64,000 nucleotides of DNA, taken from Amycolatopsis vancoresmycina (GTDB lineage: Bacteria > Actinomycetota > Actinomycetes > Mycobacteriales > Pseudonocardiaceae). Both the position numbers and the translations under genes were made by a program. Below the pieces are notes generated by a model. That model saw only the letters and a program-made list of their open reading frames with translations. It searched no databases and was not told where the DNA came from. The stretch covers positions 179,259-243,258 of the forward strand of contig NZ_JNYY01000016.1 in NCBI RefSeq assembly GCF_000716785.1. Reading direction: 5' to 3'. This document shows positions 41,891 to 51,340 of the stretch, in pieces (position 1 is the stretch's first letter; each line of letters begins with the position of its first letter).

Positions 41891-43804
41891 TCAGCCGATG
41901 TTCTTCAGAAACAGGGACTTCGCCGTGCTCGTCTTCGAGTCGTCGACGCCGTGCCCGTGGGTGTAGTCGCGCTGTTCGTTGTGCGCCCAGTCCGCGATCG
42001 GCTTGCCGCCGACGTCGAGGTGGTGGAACGCGGACCCGTCCCAGCCGAACTGGTAGATCTTCGCGTGGTCGGCGTAGTACGGCGTGTACGCCGCGCCCGC
42101 GGTGATCTGCTTGGTCATCGTGTTGGCGAAGAAAACGTTGCGGGGGCCGGAAGAACCGGACCACTTGACCGCCTTCTGCCCGGCCGACCAGTAGATCGGG
42201 AACCACGCCGAGTCGTCCGGTGCGTCGCCGCCCTCGTCGCCGCAGTGCGCGGTGCAGTTGCCCGAGCGGTGGGCGTAGGAGACGTTGTTCGTGTTGTTCT
42301 CGAACAGGTTGTTGCGCTCGTAGCCGCCGTGGATGTTGAAGTCGGAGTCGATGTCGTTGCCGATCACCACGTTGCCCGAGGCCGACCACTGGAAGGTGAA
42401 GTGCCGCAGGTCACGGGTCGTGTTGCCGGCGTAGAGCGAGTCCCACACCCGCGAGCCGCGGAAGTAGCCGTTGCCGCCCTTGCCCTTGTTCCACGAACCG
42501 TCCAGCTCGTTGTTCACGATCTGCAGGTTCTTGGCCTCCTCGGTCACGATCGGGTGCGACCCGGTCATGATCGCGTGGATGCCGCGCACCCACGAGTTCG
42601 CCGCCCACTTGAACACGATCCCCTGCATGGCCAGGGAAGGGGCCAGGTTGCCGTAGTTGTCCTTGGCCTGTTCGGGCGTCACGCCGGGCGGCGGCGCCTG
42701 GGTGAAGGCGAAGTCCTCGAAGCCGACGCCGACGACCGGGTCCACGATCGGCGCCGCCTTCGACGCGTACACCGTGCCGTCGATCGGCGCCGAACCGTCC
42801 GAAGTGGAGTCGACCGGGACGTCGTACTCGAGCGGCTTGTCGACGGACACCGTGTGGTTCTTGGTGTCCACGGCGGTGACGGTGAACCACTGCTGGCGCA
42901 TGTGCAGGTTCTGCAGCGGCCACGTCGTGGGCACCGCGTTCATCGACTGGTAGAACTTCATGCTGTTCGCGGCCCGGATGTTGACGAAGCCGCCGACCTT
43001 CAGGCTCGCCGTCTTGGCGCCGGTGGCCAGGTAGACGGTCCGGTCGCCGGTGCGCGCGGCGAAGCCCTTGTCGCCGGGCTTTTCCCGCAGTTTCAGGCCG
43101 GCCTTCCAGTGCACGTTGACCGTGCCCTCGAAGAGGTCCTTCCGGTTGGCGGGCGCGGACGCGTACTGGTCGGCGTAACTCGGTTCCACGCCGCGCGACT
43201 GCACCCGGAACAGGCCGCGGCCGGGCCACAGCCAGCCCCCGGAGCCGTCCTCGTAGTTCATTTCGTGCTGGTCCCACTGGTCGCCGTCGGGGGTCACCAC
43301 GTCGTATTCGGTGTTCTTGTCCGGCCGGTACACGAACTTCGTCCGGTCGGTGCCGGCGCCGCGGAGGATCAGGTAGCTGGCGTCGACGTGGATTTCGTGC
43401 GTGACGTCCAGCGTGCCGGCCGGGAACGTGATCAGGCTGAGCTTGCCGTAGCCCGCCGAGGGCGAGCACGAGGTGTGGATCCGGTCGATGGCCGCCTGGA
43501 TGCCGGCGGTGTCGTCGACCCCGTCGTCGGGCTTGACGCGGTAGGTGGTGGCGAGCTGGGCCGCGGTGATCCGGCAGCTCGCGCTGGGGTTGACCGCGTC
43601 GGCGCCGGGCAGGTCCTGCCCGCCGCGGAAACCGGCCTTGCTCCAGTCGTAGAGGCCCGGCACCGGCGCCGCGCGGTTGCCCGCCGACGTGTCCAGGGTG
43701 GTCAGTGCGCCCGAGCCGGGTGCGGCGACGGCAGCCGGGGCGAAGCCGGCCGCAACGCACACGGCGGCCACGATCAGTGGTGCGGATTTTTTCCTGCGGG
43801 ACAA
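41891..43804 (-). CDS. Secreted right-handed parallel beta-helix protein (pectate-lyase-fold carbohydrate-active enzyme candidate)
   Basis: It has a signal peptide (MSRRKKSAPLIVAAVCVAAGFAPAAVAAPG) and Asn/Gly-rich beta-helix rungs (IVNNELDGSWNKGKGGNGYF, NNLFENNTNNVSYAHRSGN). Confidence 0.6.
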   Translation of the reverse strand: MSRRKKSAPLIVAAVCVAAGFAPAAVAAPGSGALTTLDTSAGNRAAPVPGLYDWSKAGFRGGQDLPGADAVNPSASCRITAAQLATTYRVKPDDGVDDTAGIQAAIDRIHTSCSPSAGYGKLSLITFPAGTLDVTHEIHVDASYLILRGAGTDRTKFVYRPDKNTEYDVVTPDGDQWDQHEMNYEDGSGGWLWPGRGLFRVQSRGVEPSYADQYASAPANRKDLFEGTVNVHWKAGLKLREKPGDKGFAARTGDRTVYLATGAKTASLKVGGFVNIRAANSMKFYQSMNAVPTTWPLQNLHMRQQWFTVTAVDTKNHTVSVDKPLEYDVPVDSTSDGSAPIDGTVYASKAAPIVDPVVGVGFEDFAFTQAPPPGVTPEQAKDNYGNLAPSLAMQGIVFKWAANSWVRGIHAIMTGSHPIVTEEAKNLQIVNNELDGSWNKGKGGNGYFRGSRVWDSLYAGNTTRDLRHFTFQWSASGNVVIGNDIDSDFNIHGGYERNNLFENNTNNVSYAHRSGNCTAHCGDEGGDAPDDSAWFPIYWSAGQKAVKWSGSSGPRNVFFANTMTKQITAGAAYTPYYADHAKIYQFGWDGSAFHHLDVGGKPIADWAHNEQRDYTHGHGVDDSKTSTAKSLFLKNIG

Positions 43805-43922
43805 CGGAAACCTCCATAGCCGGGCTGGTTGGCACCAGGACTGCTCGAAGGCGGCGGTGAGACGACCATACCGCCGCCTCCCCCATTAGTAAAGTAACCT
43901 TCCAAATGGGGACCGGGCCGGC

Positions 43923-44768
43923 TCAGCGGAAGCCGGCGGCGTGGTCCGCGGCCCACGCGGCGAAGTTCCGCGCCGGGCGGCCGGTGACGTCCCGGACCGT
44001 CCCCGTCGTCGGCTGCGGCCGGCCGACCAGCGCCGCCAGCCGCCGGATCCGGGCTTCGATCACCTCGGCCGACCCGGCGCTGCCGAGCCCGCGGGCCTCG
44101 AACACCGCGGTCAGCTCGCGGCGGTAGCCGTCGAGGTCCTGGGTCTCGACGCGAACCGGACGCCCGGCGACGCGGCGGATCAGCGACACCTGTTCCCGCA
44201 CCGTCAGCGACTCGGGCCCGGTCAGCTCATACACCGCACCGATGTGCCCGGAGGTCAGCGCACACGCGGCGACGGCGGCGATGTCGGCTTCGTGGATCAA
44301 CGCCGAATGCGAGTCCGGGAACGGGTCGCGCACCACACCGCCGCGGACGGACGCCGCCCACAGCAACCGGTTGGCCGCGAACCCGCCGGGACGCAGGAAC
44401 GTCCACGGGATGCCCGCGTCCCGCACCGCCTGCTCGGCTTCGCCGTGGGCGCGGGTGATCGCGTCTTCCGACGTCGCGTCGGCGCCCAGGGCCGACAGCA
44501 GCACCACCTGCTCCAGCTCACCGGCCCGGGACAGGAACCCGTCCAGACCGGCCGTGCCCGCGTAGACGAACGCCTTCGTGACGCCGTCGAGCGCCGCGTC
44601 CCAGCCCGCGGGCCGGGCGAGGTCGGCCGCGACCACCTCGACCCCGCCGGGCAGCCGGGCCCGGCCCGGGTCGCGGCCGGCCGCCCGGACCTCGTGTCCG
44701 CCTTCGAGCAGTTGTCCCACCAGCGCGCGGGCGACGTTCCCGCGGGCGCCGGTCACCAAGATCGTCAC
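43923..44768 (-). CDS. NmrA-like/atypical SDR NAD(P)-binding protein
   Basis: The GTG is at 44768 and the Rossmann motif is ILVTGARGNVARALVGQLLEGGHEV. The upstream part of the track ORF is junk. Confidence 0.7.
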   Translation of the reverse strand: MTILVTGARGNVARALVGQLLEGGHEVRAAGRDPGRARLPGGVEVVAADLARPAGWDAALDGVTKAFVYAGTAGLDGFLSRAGELEQVVLLSALGADATSEDAITRAHGEAEQAVRDAGIPWTFLRPGGFAANRLLWAASVRGGVVRDPFPDSHSALIHEADIAAVAACALTSGHIGAVYELTGPESLTVREQVSLIRRVAGRPVRVETQDLDGYRRELTAVFEARGLGSAGSAEVIEARIRRLAALVGRPQPTTGTVRDVTGRPARNFAAWAADHAAGFR

Positions 44769-44847
44769 GCCCCCGAGCCTCGCCGCCGGGGCGCCGAGCG
44801 GGGTAGGCACTGGCGGTACCACCCCGGCGCGGGGTGATGATGGCAGC

Positions 44848-45642
44848 GTGGACAGGGCGGAACTGAGCGGCTTCCTGCGCAGCCGGCGGGCGCGGCTGCA
44901 GCCCGCCGACGTCGGCCTGGAACCCGGCCCGCGGCGGCAGGCACCGGGGTTGCGGCGCACCGAGGTCGCCCTGCTCGCCGGCATCTCCATCGACTACTAC
45001 GTCCGGCTCGAGCAGGGCCGCGGGCCGAACCCCTCGAAGCAGGTCCTGACCGCGCTCGGGCGGGCGCTGCGGCTGACCGGCGACGAACACGCGTACCTGC
45101 GGCAGCTGGCACGCCCGGCTCCCCCACCCCCACCGCGACCGGTCCCCGGCAACGTCCTCCGGCTGCTGGACCGCCTCGCCGACGTCCCGGCAATGGTGAT
45201 CGACGCGGCCTACGACGTGGTGGCCTGGAACCGGCTGCTGGCCGCCCTGATCGGCAACCCGGCCACCTGGCCACCCAGGCGGCGCAACCGCCTGCGCCGC
45301 CTGTTCGACACCACGGACACGATCACCGGCAACCGCCTGGAGCTGGCCCGCCTGTGCGTCGCGGACCTGCGCGCGGCCGGCCGCTACCCGGCCGACCCCG
45401 CGGTCCGCGAGCTGGTCGACGAGCTGCTCGGGGAGAGCCCGGAGTTCGCGAGGCTGTGGGCGGAGCGGGAGGGGGTGGTCCCGCGCACGCTGACCAAGGT
45501 GACGAACCACCCGGTTGCGGGCCCGCTCGAGCTCGACTGCGAGATCCTCGCGGTCCCCGGCCACGAACACCGGCTGCTGATCTATACGGCAGCGCCGGGC
45601 TCACCGTCCGAGGAAGGGCTGAAGCGGCTGCTCACGGGGTGA
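44848..45642 (+). CDS. MmyB-like XRE-family transcriptional regulator
   Basis: The GTG is at 44848 and the HTH is LSGFLRSRRARLQPADVGLEPGPRRQAPGLRRTEVALLAGISIDYYVRLEQGRG. It has the MmyB-type C-terminal ligand-binding domain. It is divergent from the NmrA-like gene, which is a typical pairing. Confidence 0.65.
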   Translation: MDRAELSGFLRSRRARLQPADVGLEPGPRRQAPGLRRTEVALLAGISIDYYVRLEQGRGPNPSKQVLTALGRALRLTGDEHAYLRQLARPAPPPPPRPVPGNVLRLLDRLADVPAMVIDAAYDVVAWNRLLAALIGNPATWPPRRRNRLRRLFDTTDTITGNRLELARLCVADLRAAGRYPADPAVRELVDELLGESPEFARLWAEREGVVPRTLTKVTNHPVAGPLELDCEILAVPGHEHRLLIYTAAPGSPSEEGLKRLLTG

Positions 45643-45676
45643 CGGCACGCCTCCCACGGTGAGCGGCGACCGTGCC

Positions 45677-47986
45677 TCAGCGATCCTGGCCCAGCTTGTT
45701 CAGCTGGTACCGGCTCACCGAGTCCGTCTTCTCGTCGCGAAGCGTCAGGTACACGACACCGTTCGCCTCCACATCGGCGGTCAGCACGATGTCACCGCCC
45801 GTCGCCACGACGGGGATGGTCCCGAAGACCAGGCCCGATGATCGCGGAATCTCGACGAACGTCATCTCGTGGGTGGTGCCGGCCTTGCCGGTCAGGCGGA
45901 AGCTTTCGGCATCCCTGGTCGGGATCGTCCTCGACGAATCCAAGAGGGTCATGACTTCTTTGTTGCTTCCGGCGTCGGGGGACACCAGGTGCAGGCTGCC
46001 TTCCTTCCCCGACACGCGAACGCCCACCCCGAACCGCAGCGCGTTCAGCAGCAGGAAGCCCCGCTGGAACCCGGTCAGCACGCCGGCCTGGGTGCCGAGA
46101 CCGTGCGCCACGGCGGTCTCCTGGTAGCTCGAGACGACTTCGGCACCGGGGAGGACCGAGGCGATCTGCTCGGACACGGTGAAGATCTTCGTGCCCTGCC
46201 CGGCCAGGAGGACCTTCCCGCCGCGGCTGATCCACGCGCTCACGTCCTCGCCGAACCGGAGCCGGGGGAAGACGGCGCCGAGGGTCGAGCGGATGGTGTC
46301 GTTCAGCTCGGCGGTGAGCTGCCGGAACCGCGCGCGGTCGAGTTCGATGCTGATGTCGACCAGGCCGTGGGAACCGCCGTCGAGGTCGGTCAGCAGCATG
46401 GTCGTGGCATCCCGGTAGCCGAGGTCCCGCTTGGCGCGCTCGGCCTCCCGGCGCAGCTTGTCGCGCACGGTCGACGTCAGTTCGCCGTGCCACCCGTGCA
46501 CCGTCCGCAGCTGGTCCTCGGCGTAGGCCACCAGCGCGTCGTCGAAGTCGAGCCCGCCCACCTCGTTGCTGCCGGTGACCGCCCTGACCTCCGCGATCCC
46601 CTCCCCGGCTTCGACCAGCGCGACGTCGAACGTGCCCCCGCCGAGGTCGACGACCAGGTAGTCCTGCTCCTGCTCGGGGGTCGCCATCAGGGTCAGCAGG
46701 GACGCGGCGTTCGGCTCCCCGATCATCCGGGTGACGGTCAGGTCGGCCAGTTCGAAGGCTTGTTCCAGCGTGTCGATCTGGCGCAGCGTGAAGTTCGCCG
46801 GGTGGGAGGCGAGGCACCGCCGGACCGGCGTGCCGAGCGCCTCCTCGGCGTTGCGCCGGAGCGATCGCAGGATCAAGCCGACCGCGAGCACCGGTTCGAT
46901 GCTGCGGCCGTTGACGGAATAGCCGGCCGAGCGCCCGAGATCGCGTTTCGCGTGCCGGATGGTCGACGACGGCCGGTACGGCGTCGCCTCGACGGCCGCG
47001 GCGCCGACCAGGTAGTCCATGTCCGGCAGGAAGTGCAGCACGGAGGGCACCAGCGGCCGTCCGTCCGGCCCGGGGAGCAGCAGGACGTCACCTTCGGGCC
47101 GGTACCACGACACGACGGAGTAACTCGTGCCGAAGTCGATGGCGAGCAGCGGATCGTCGACGGCACCGGGAGGAACCACCGGAGCGACGCGCCTGGCCCG
47201 CCGCTCGGTGCCGATCGGCGTCGTCGCGCGCCACTGGTTGCGCGTCCGCTCGGAGACGAGTTCGAGGTGCTGCACGCCGAGCGGCTCGACCCGGGAGTGC
47301 GGTCGCTGGTCGGGCTTCCCGTGTGCCCTGGCCAAGGCCGGCACCTGGGTCGAAAGGTAGGCATCGAGTTCGTGGATCGTCCGGCACCGGCCCGCGGGAC
47401 TGAACGCGGAACACAGCGCTTCGGTGAAGACGCCCGCCCTGATGCCGTCGACCTCGTACGACACCCGCCCCGGACGGCACGAGCAGAAGGAGACGACACC
47501 CGGCGGGCACAGGGCGTCGACGTCCACGCGAGGCAGCGACGCCGAAGCCGCCTTCCCGCCGTCCAGGACGTTCCGGCAGGCATCGAGGAACAGCACGAGG
47601 TGCGGCGCTGCGGCCGCACCGAGGTAGCGCACGATCACGTCGAACCGCAGGGCCGTGTCCTCCACGGCCGCCCGCACGCAGTCGATCGGCAGCAGGTACT
47701 GCGTGTTGTCGCCGGCTTGGAAGCCGTGGCCGGAAAAGAAGAAGTAGAGGATCCCGTCGGGCCGGGGATCGGCCGCCATCCGGGTGAGGTGCCGCAGCAG
47801 GTTGGTCCTCGTCGGCCGGTGCGACGCCGGCATGTTGTCGTGCAGGAGGACGAGGTCTGCATCGTCGACGCCGCAGACCGTGCGCAGCGTGTCCGCGACC
47901 CTCGCCGCATCGGTCTGCGCGTGGCGCAGCGGAGCGATGTCGGGGTCCTCGTAGCCCGCGCAGCCGACCACGAGCGCGCGGTTCAC
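45677..47986 (-). CDS. Caspase-domain (peptidase C14)-Hsp70/actin-fold ATPase fusion protein
   Basis: The N-terminal caspase domain has a His-Cys dyad (FFFSGHGFQ ... LVLFLDACRN). The C-terminal part has Hsp70 nucleotide-binding-domain motifs: LAIDFGTSYSVVS (phosphate 1), RMIGEPNAASL, VVDLGGGTFDVALV (phosphate 2), GSNEVGGLDFDDALV, VLLAGQGTKIFTVSE (adenosine), YQETAVAHGLGTQAG. A beta-rich tail follows. Confidence 0.8.
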   Translation of the reverse strand: MNRALVVGCAGYEDPDIAPLRHAQTDAARVADTLRTVCGVDDADLVLLHDNMPASHRPTRTNLLRHLTRMAADPRPDGILYFFFSGHGFQAGDNTQYLLPIDCVRAAVEDTALRFDVIVRYLGAAAAPHLVLFLDACRNVLDGGKAASASLPRVDVDALCPPGVVSFCSCRPGRVSYEVDGIRAGVFTEALCSAFSPAGRCRTIHELDAYLSTQVPALARAHGKPDQRPHSRVEPLGVQHLELVSERTRNQWRATTPIGTERRARRVAPVVPPGAVDDPLLAIDFGTSYSVVSWYRPEGDVLLLPGPDGRPLVPSVLHFLPDMDYLVGAAAVEATPYRPSSTIRHAKRDLGRSAGYSVNGRSIEPVLAVGLILRSLRRNAEEALGTPVRRCLASHPANFTLRQIDTLEQAFELADLTVTRMIGEPNAASLLTLMATPEQEQDYLVVDLGGGTFDVALVEAGEGIAEVRAVTGSNEVGGLDFDDALVAYAEDQLRTVHGWHGELTSTVRDKLRREAERAKRDLGYRDATTMLLTDLDGGSHGLVDISIELDRARFRQLTAELNDTIRSTLGAVFPRLRFGEDVSAWISRGGKVLLAGQGTKIFTVSEQIASVLPGAEVVSSYQETAVAHGLGTQAGVLTGFQRGFLLLNALRFGVGVRVSGKEGSLHLVSPDAGSNKEVMTLLDSSRTIPTRDAESFRLTGKAGTTHEMTFVEIPRSSGLVFGTIPVVATGGDIVLTADVEANGVVYLTLRDEKTDSVSRYQLNKLGQDR

Positions 47987-48357
47987 GTCCCGGTGCCCTC
48001 GGTACGGCGGAAGACCAGCTTCACTCCCCCCTTGATTTCGCTGGAGAAGGACCCGACGAGCCGGACTTCGCCCTTCGCGGTGAGGTCCAGGTTCACCTCG
48101 AAGGCATCGAGCCCGAACGCTTCCGATGCCTCCCCGGCCCGCCGGAAGGCGTTGGCCAGCCGCGAGCAGACGGCCGACAGGTTCCGCGCCAGCTCTTCCG
48201 AGTCCAGTTCACCGATCCGCCCCGCGACCTGGCGCGCGGTCGAGAACAGGCCCTTCTCACCGTCGACGCCCGGATCCACCCACACGATCGGGATGCCGGC
48301 TCCGCTCACCGCCGTCACTGCCTCGCCCTCGCCTTCGTCCGACGCACCAGCTTGCAC
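47983..48357 (-). CDS. Small Trypco2-like (CU044_2847-like) protein, about 110-124 aa, start uncertain
   Basis: Its stop overlaps the start of the caspase-Hsp70 gene (ATGA). The C-terminal pattern LDAFEVNLDLTAKGEVRLVGSFSSEIKGGVKLVFRRTEG resembles trypsin-co-occurring domain 2 proteins. Start candidates are the GTG at 48357 and an internal GTG 13 codons in. Confidence 0.45.
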   Translation of the reverse strand: MQAGASDEGEGEAVTAVSGAGIPIVWVDPGVDGEKGLFSTARQVAGRIGELDSEELARNLSAVCSRLANAFRRAGEASEAFGLDAFEVNLDLTAKGEVRLVGSFSSEIKGGVKLVFRRTEGTGT

Positions 48358-48496
48358 CGGAAAGACTCGGGATGATCAAGCATCGTGTTACGACCGCGTC
48401 CTGGGTGCCGCTGACAAAGCGGCCGCTTACAATGGCGGGCAGCGGATCGGCCGTCGGGGCCGCCGGTGGGGCGGGGCGATCTGGGAGGATCAGCGG

Positions 48497-49117
48497 ATGA
48501 CGATGTCGCTGTCGGCCGAACTGTGGCCGGACGTGCAGCCCGAGACCGCGCGGCGGCTCATGCTCGCCGGGGTCGAGGCCTTCGCCAAGCGCGGGTACCA
48601 CGCCACCACCACGCGGGACATCGCCGGGGCCGCGGGGATGTCGCCCGCCGCGCTCTACGTGCACTTTCCCTCCAAGGCCGCGCTGCTGTTCGCCATCAGC
48701 CGCTACGGGCACGAGCAGACCCTCGCGCTCGTCGAGAACGTCGTCGCCAAGGAAGCCGATCCGGTGGCGCGGATCCGGCTCATCGTCGAGGACTTCGTGG
48801 CCTGGCACGCTCGGCGGCACACCGTCGCCCGGGTCGTCCAGTACGAGTTGCAGGCGCTGCCCGAGCAGGAGTTCGAGGTGGTCGCCGAGCTGCGGCGGCG
48901 GATCGAGCGGATCGTGCGGGAAGTCATCGCCGCGGGCACCGACGCCGGCGTGTTCACCGTGTCGGACCCGCACGTCGCCGCGCGGGCCGTGCTCTCGCTC
49001 GGGGTCGACGTCGCCCGCTGGTACACCGAGCGGGCGCGGCAGACACCGACCGCGCTCGGCAAGGAGTACGGCGGGCTCGTGCTGCGCATGCTCGGCGTGA
49101 TGCCCGTCACAGACTGA
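48497..49117 (+). CDS. TetR-family transcriptional regulator
   Basis: The ATG at 48497 is preceded by GGGAGG. The HTH is LMLAGVEAFAKRGYHATTTRDIAGAAGMSPAALYVHFPSKAAL. The long track ORF from 45869 is junk upstream of this point. Confidence 0.8.
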   Translation: MTMSLSAELWPDVQPETARRLMLAGVEAFAKRGYHATTTRDIAGAAGMSPAALYVHFPSKAALLFAISRYGHEQTLALVENVVAKEADPVARIRLIVEDFVAWHARRHTVARVVQYELQALPEQEFEVVAELRRRIERIVREVIAAGTDAGVFTVSDPHVAARAVLSLGVDVARWYTERARQTPTALGKEYGGLVLRMLGVMPVTD

Positions 49118-49184
49118 GCGGTCGTTCAACACCCCTCGCCAATAGCGGTCACACTCTGTCCGCTTTCTCTGCCAGAGTGACTCC

Positions 49185-50273
49185 GTGCCGAAACTGGACA
49201 CGCGCGCCCTCAACCGCGCCACGCTCGCCCGCCAGCTGCTGCTCGAACGGGCCACCCTCCCCGTGCACGACGCCGTCGCACACCTCGGCGGCCTGCAGGC
49301 GCAGGAGCCGCAGGAACCGTTCACCGGGCTGTGGTCACGGCTGCGCGGCTTCGCCCCGGCGGCGCTGGACGAGCTGCTGACCGGGCGGCACGTGGTGCGG
49401 ACCCACCTCATGCGCCGGACCGTGCACCTGCTCACGGCGGGCGACGTGCTCGCCTGGCGGACCCGCTTCGACGCGATGCTGCGCCAGCGCGTCCTCGGCA
49501 CCTACCGCCGCGAACTCGCGGACGTCGACCTCGGCGAGCTCGCGGCCGCGGGCCGGGCGGTGCTGGCCGACGGCGAGCCGCGCTCGATGGGCGAGCTGGC
49601 CAGGGCGGTCGCCGGCCGGTGGCCCGCCGCGGGGCCGCGGCCGCTCGGCGAGATGCTCGTCGCCGCGCTGATCCCGATGGTCCAGCTGCCGCCACGCGGG
49701 CTGTGGCGGACCAAGGCCGGCGTGCGCAACCTGCCGCTGCCGGCGTGGCTGGGCCGTGACGGCGACCCGCTCGACCCGGCCGACGGTGTCGGGCAGGTCC
49801 TGGTGCGCCGCTACCTGGCGGCCTACGGCCCGGCGGCGACGGCGGACCTGCGCGCGTGGTCCGGCCTGGCCGGGCTGCCGGCGGCGGTGAAGGCGGTGCG
49901 CGAAGAGCTGGTGGCCTTCCGCGACGAGCGCGGCCGCGAGCTGCTCGACCTGCCGGACGCCCCGCGCCCCGGCCCGGACACGCCGGCACCGGTCCGGTTC
50001 CTGCCGGCGTTCGACAACGCGATCCTCGGCTACGACGACCGCACCCGCATCATCGACGACGCCCACCGCGGGCTGTCGGTGGCGGGCGAGCGGGTGGTGC
50101 TGGTCGACGGCCGGGTCACCGCCACCTGGACAACCGACGGTGACGCGGTCGTGGTGCGGCCGCTGCGGCGCCTGACCGCACGAGAACGCCGTGAGGTGGC
50201 CGCCGAAGGAAGCGAACTGGCGGCGTTCCTGACCGACGGCGAGAGCGACCGCGCGCGGGTGGAACCGAGCTAG
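49185..50273 (+). CDS. Winged-helix DNA-binding domain protein (AlkZ/YcaQ-like DNA-glycosylase family candidate)
   Basis: The N-terminus LNRATLARQLLLERATLPVHDAVAHLGGLQAQEPQEP is characteristic of the DUF1006/AlkZ-like family. This is a family-level call only. Confidence 0.55.
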   Translation: MPKLDTRALNRATLARQLLLERATLPVHDAVAHLGGLQAQEPQEPFTGLWSRLRGFAPAALDELLTGRHVVRTHLMRRTVHLLTAGDVLAWRTRFDAMLRQRVLGTYRRELADVDLGELAAAGRAVLADGEPRSMGELARAVAGRWPAAGPRPLGEMLVAALIPMVQLPPRGLWRTKAGVRNLPLPAWLGRDGDPLDPADGVGQVLVRRYLAAYGPAATADLRAWSGLAGLPAAVKAVREELVAFRDERGRELLDLPDAPRPGPDTPAPVRFLPAFDNAILGYDDRTRIIDDAHRGLSVAGERVVLVDGRVTATWTTDGDAVVVRPLRRLTARERREVAAEGSELAAFLTDGESDRARVEPS

Positions 50274-51250
50274 GGCCCGACCGCCCGCGCGAACCGCTCC
50301 GCCACCTCCCGCAGCCGCTCCACCAGTCCCGCCGGTGCCTCCTCCACCACGAAGTCGTACCCCCACTGCGCCAGGTGGTACGGCACCGCGTCCAGACTGT
50401 TCGCCCCGGTCCGCACCCGGCAGCTGTGCTCGTCGACCGCCTCCACCACCCCCGCCGTCGGCGGGATCCGGCGGGCCAGCACCTCGGCCGGTGCGGCCAC
50501 GCGCAGCACGAACTGGTGCGAGTACGGCGCCGTCGAGATCTGCCGCGAGACGTACTCGGCCAGGTCCGGCGCCGGTGGCTCGCGCGGGGCGAACCGAAAG
50601 CCCGCCGACGGCACGCCCGTGATCCGGTCGACCCGGAACGTCCGCCACGCCTCGCGGCCGAGGTCGAACGCCACCAGGTACCAGCGCCGTCCCGTGTGGA
50701 CCAGGCGCAGCGGCTCCACCGACCGGTCCGTCGAGGCTCCCGTGCGGTCGCCGTAGCCGAAGCGCAGCCGCTCGTGGTCGCGGCAGGCCGCCGCGATCGC
50801 CGTCAGCACCGACGCGTCCACCGTCGGCCCCGCCCCCGGCAGGGAGAGCGTCGCCGCGTGCAGGGCGCCGACCCGGGGGCGCAGGCGCGCCGGCAGCACC
50901 TGCTCCAGCTTCGCCAGCGCGCGCACCGACGTCTCCTCGATGCCGCTGACCGTGCCGCTCGCCGCCGTGCGCAGGCCGACCGCGACCGCCACCGCTTCGT
51001 CGTCGTCGAGCAGCAACGGCGGCAGGGCCGCGCCCGCGCCGAGCCGGTAGCCGCCCGCCACGCCCGGGGTCGCGTGCACCGGGTAGCCGAGGGACCGCAG
51101 CCGCTCGACGTCGCGGCGGATCGTGCGGACGTCGACCTCGAGCCGGGCCGCCAGGTCCGCGCCCGGCCAGTCCCGGCGGGCCTGCAGCAGGGACAACAGC
51201 CGGAGCAGGCGTTCCGAGGTGCCGTACATGGCACGCAGTGTGCCAGACAT
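50270..51250 (-). CDS. WYL-domain transcriptional regulator (HTH-WYL-WCX, YafY-like)
   Basis: It has an HTH (LLRLLSLLQARRDWPGADLAARLEVDVRTIRRDVERLRSLGYPV), a WYL-like core (EPLRLVHTGRRWYLVAFD) and a WCX-like tail. The start is at 51250, with an alternative at 51229. The upstream part of the track ORF is junk. Confidence 0.7.
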   Translation of the reverse strand: MSGTLRAMYGTSERLLRLLSLLQARRDWPGADLAARLEVDVRTIRRDVERLRSLGYPVHATPGVAGGYRLGAGAALPPLLLDDDEAVAVAVGLRTAASGTVSGIEETSVRALAKLEQVLPARLRPRVGALHAATLSLPGAGPTVDASVLTAIAAACRDHERLRFGYGDRTGASTDRSVEPLRLVHTGRRWYLVAFDLGREAWRTFRVDRITGVPSAGFRFAPREPPAPDLAEYVSRQISTAPYSHQFVLRVAAPAEVLARRIPPTAGVVEAVDEHSCRVRTGANSLDAVPYHLAQWGYDFVVEEAPAGLVERLREVAERFARAVGP

Positions 51251-51340
51251 CGAGGACAGATCCGGTCCGCGATCCGCCGGATAGTGCAGTCGGGCGGTCA
51301 AACACTTGCCAGGCGCCGCCCCGGCCGGAAAGAGTGGCGC

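Noticed and set aside
41768-43886. ORFs 41768..43819 + and 42411..43886 - over the beta-helix gene
   Set aside because: They are low-complexity antisense or off-frame translations. The 41891..43804 frame has a signal peptide and beta-helix repeats.
45869-49117. 1082-aa plus-strand ORF
   Set aside because: Only its last 206 codons (from the ATG at 48497) form a TetR regulator. The rest is antisense to the caspase-Hsp70 gene.
49335-51305. 656-aa minus-strand ORF
   Set aside because: It is antisense to the AlkZ-like gene and off-frame of the WYL regulator, with an Arg/Gly/Pro composition.
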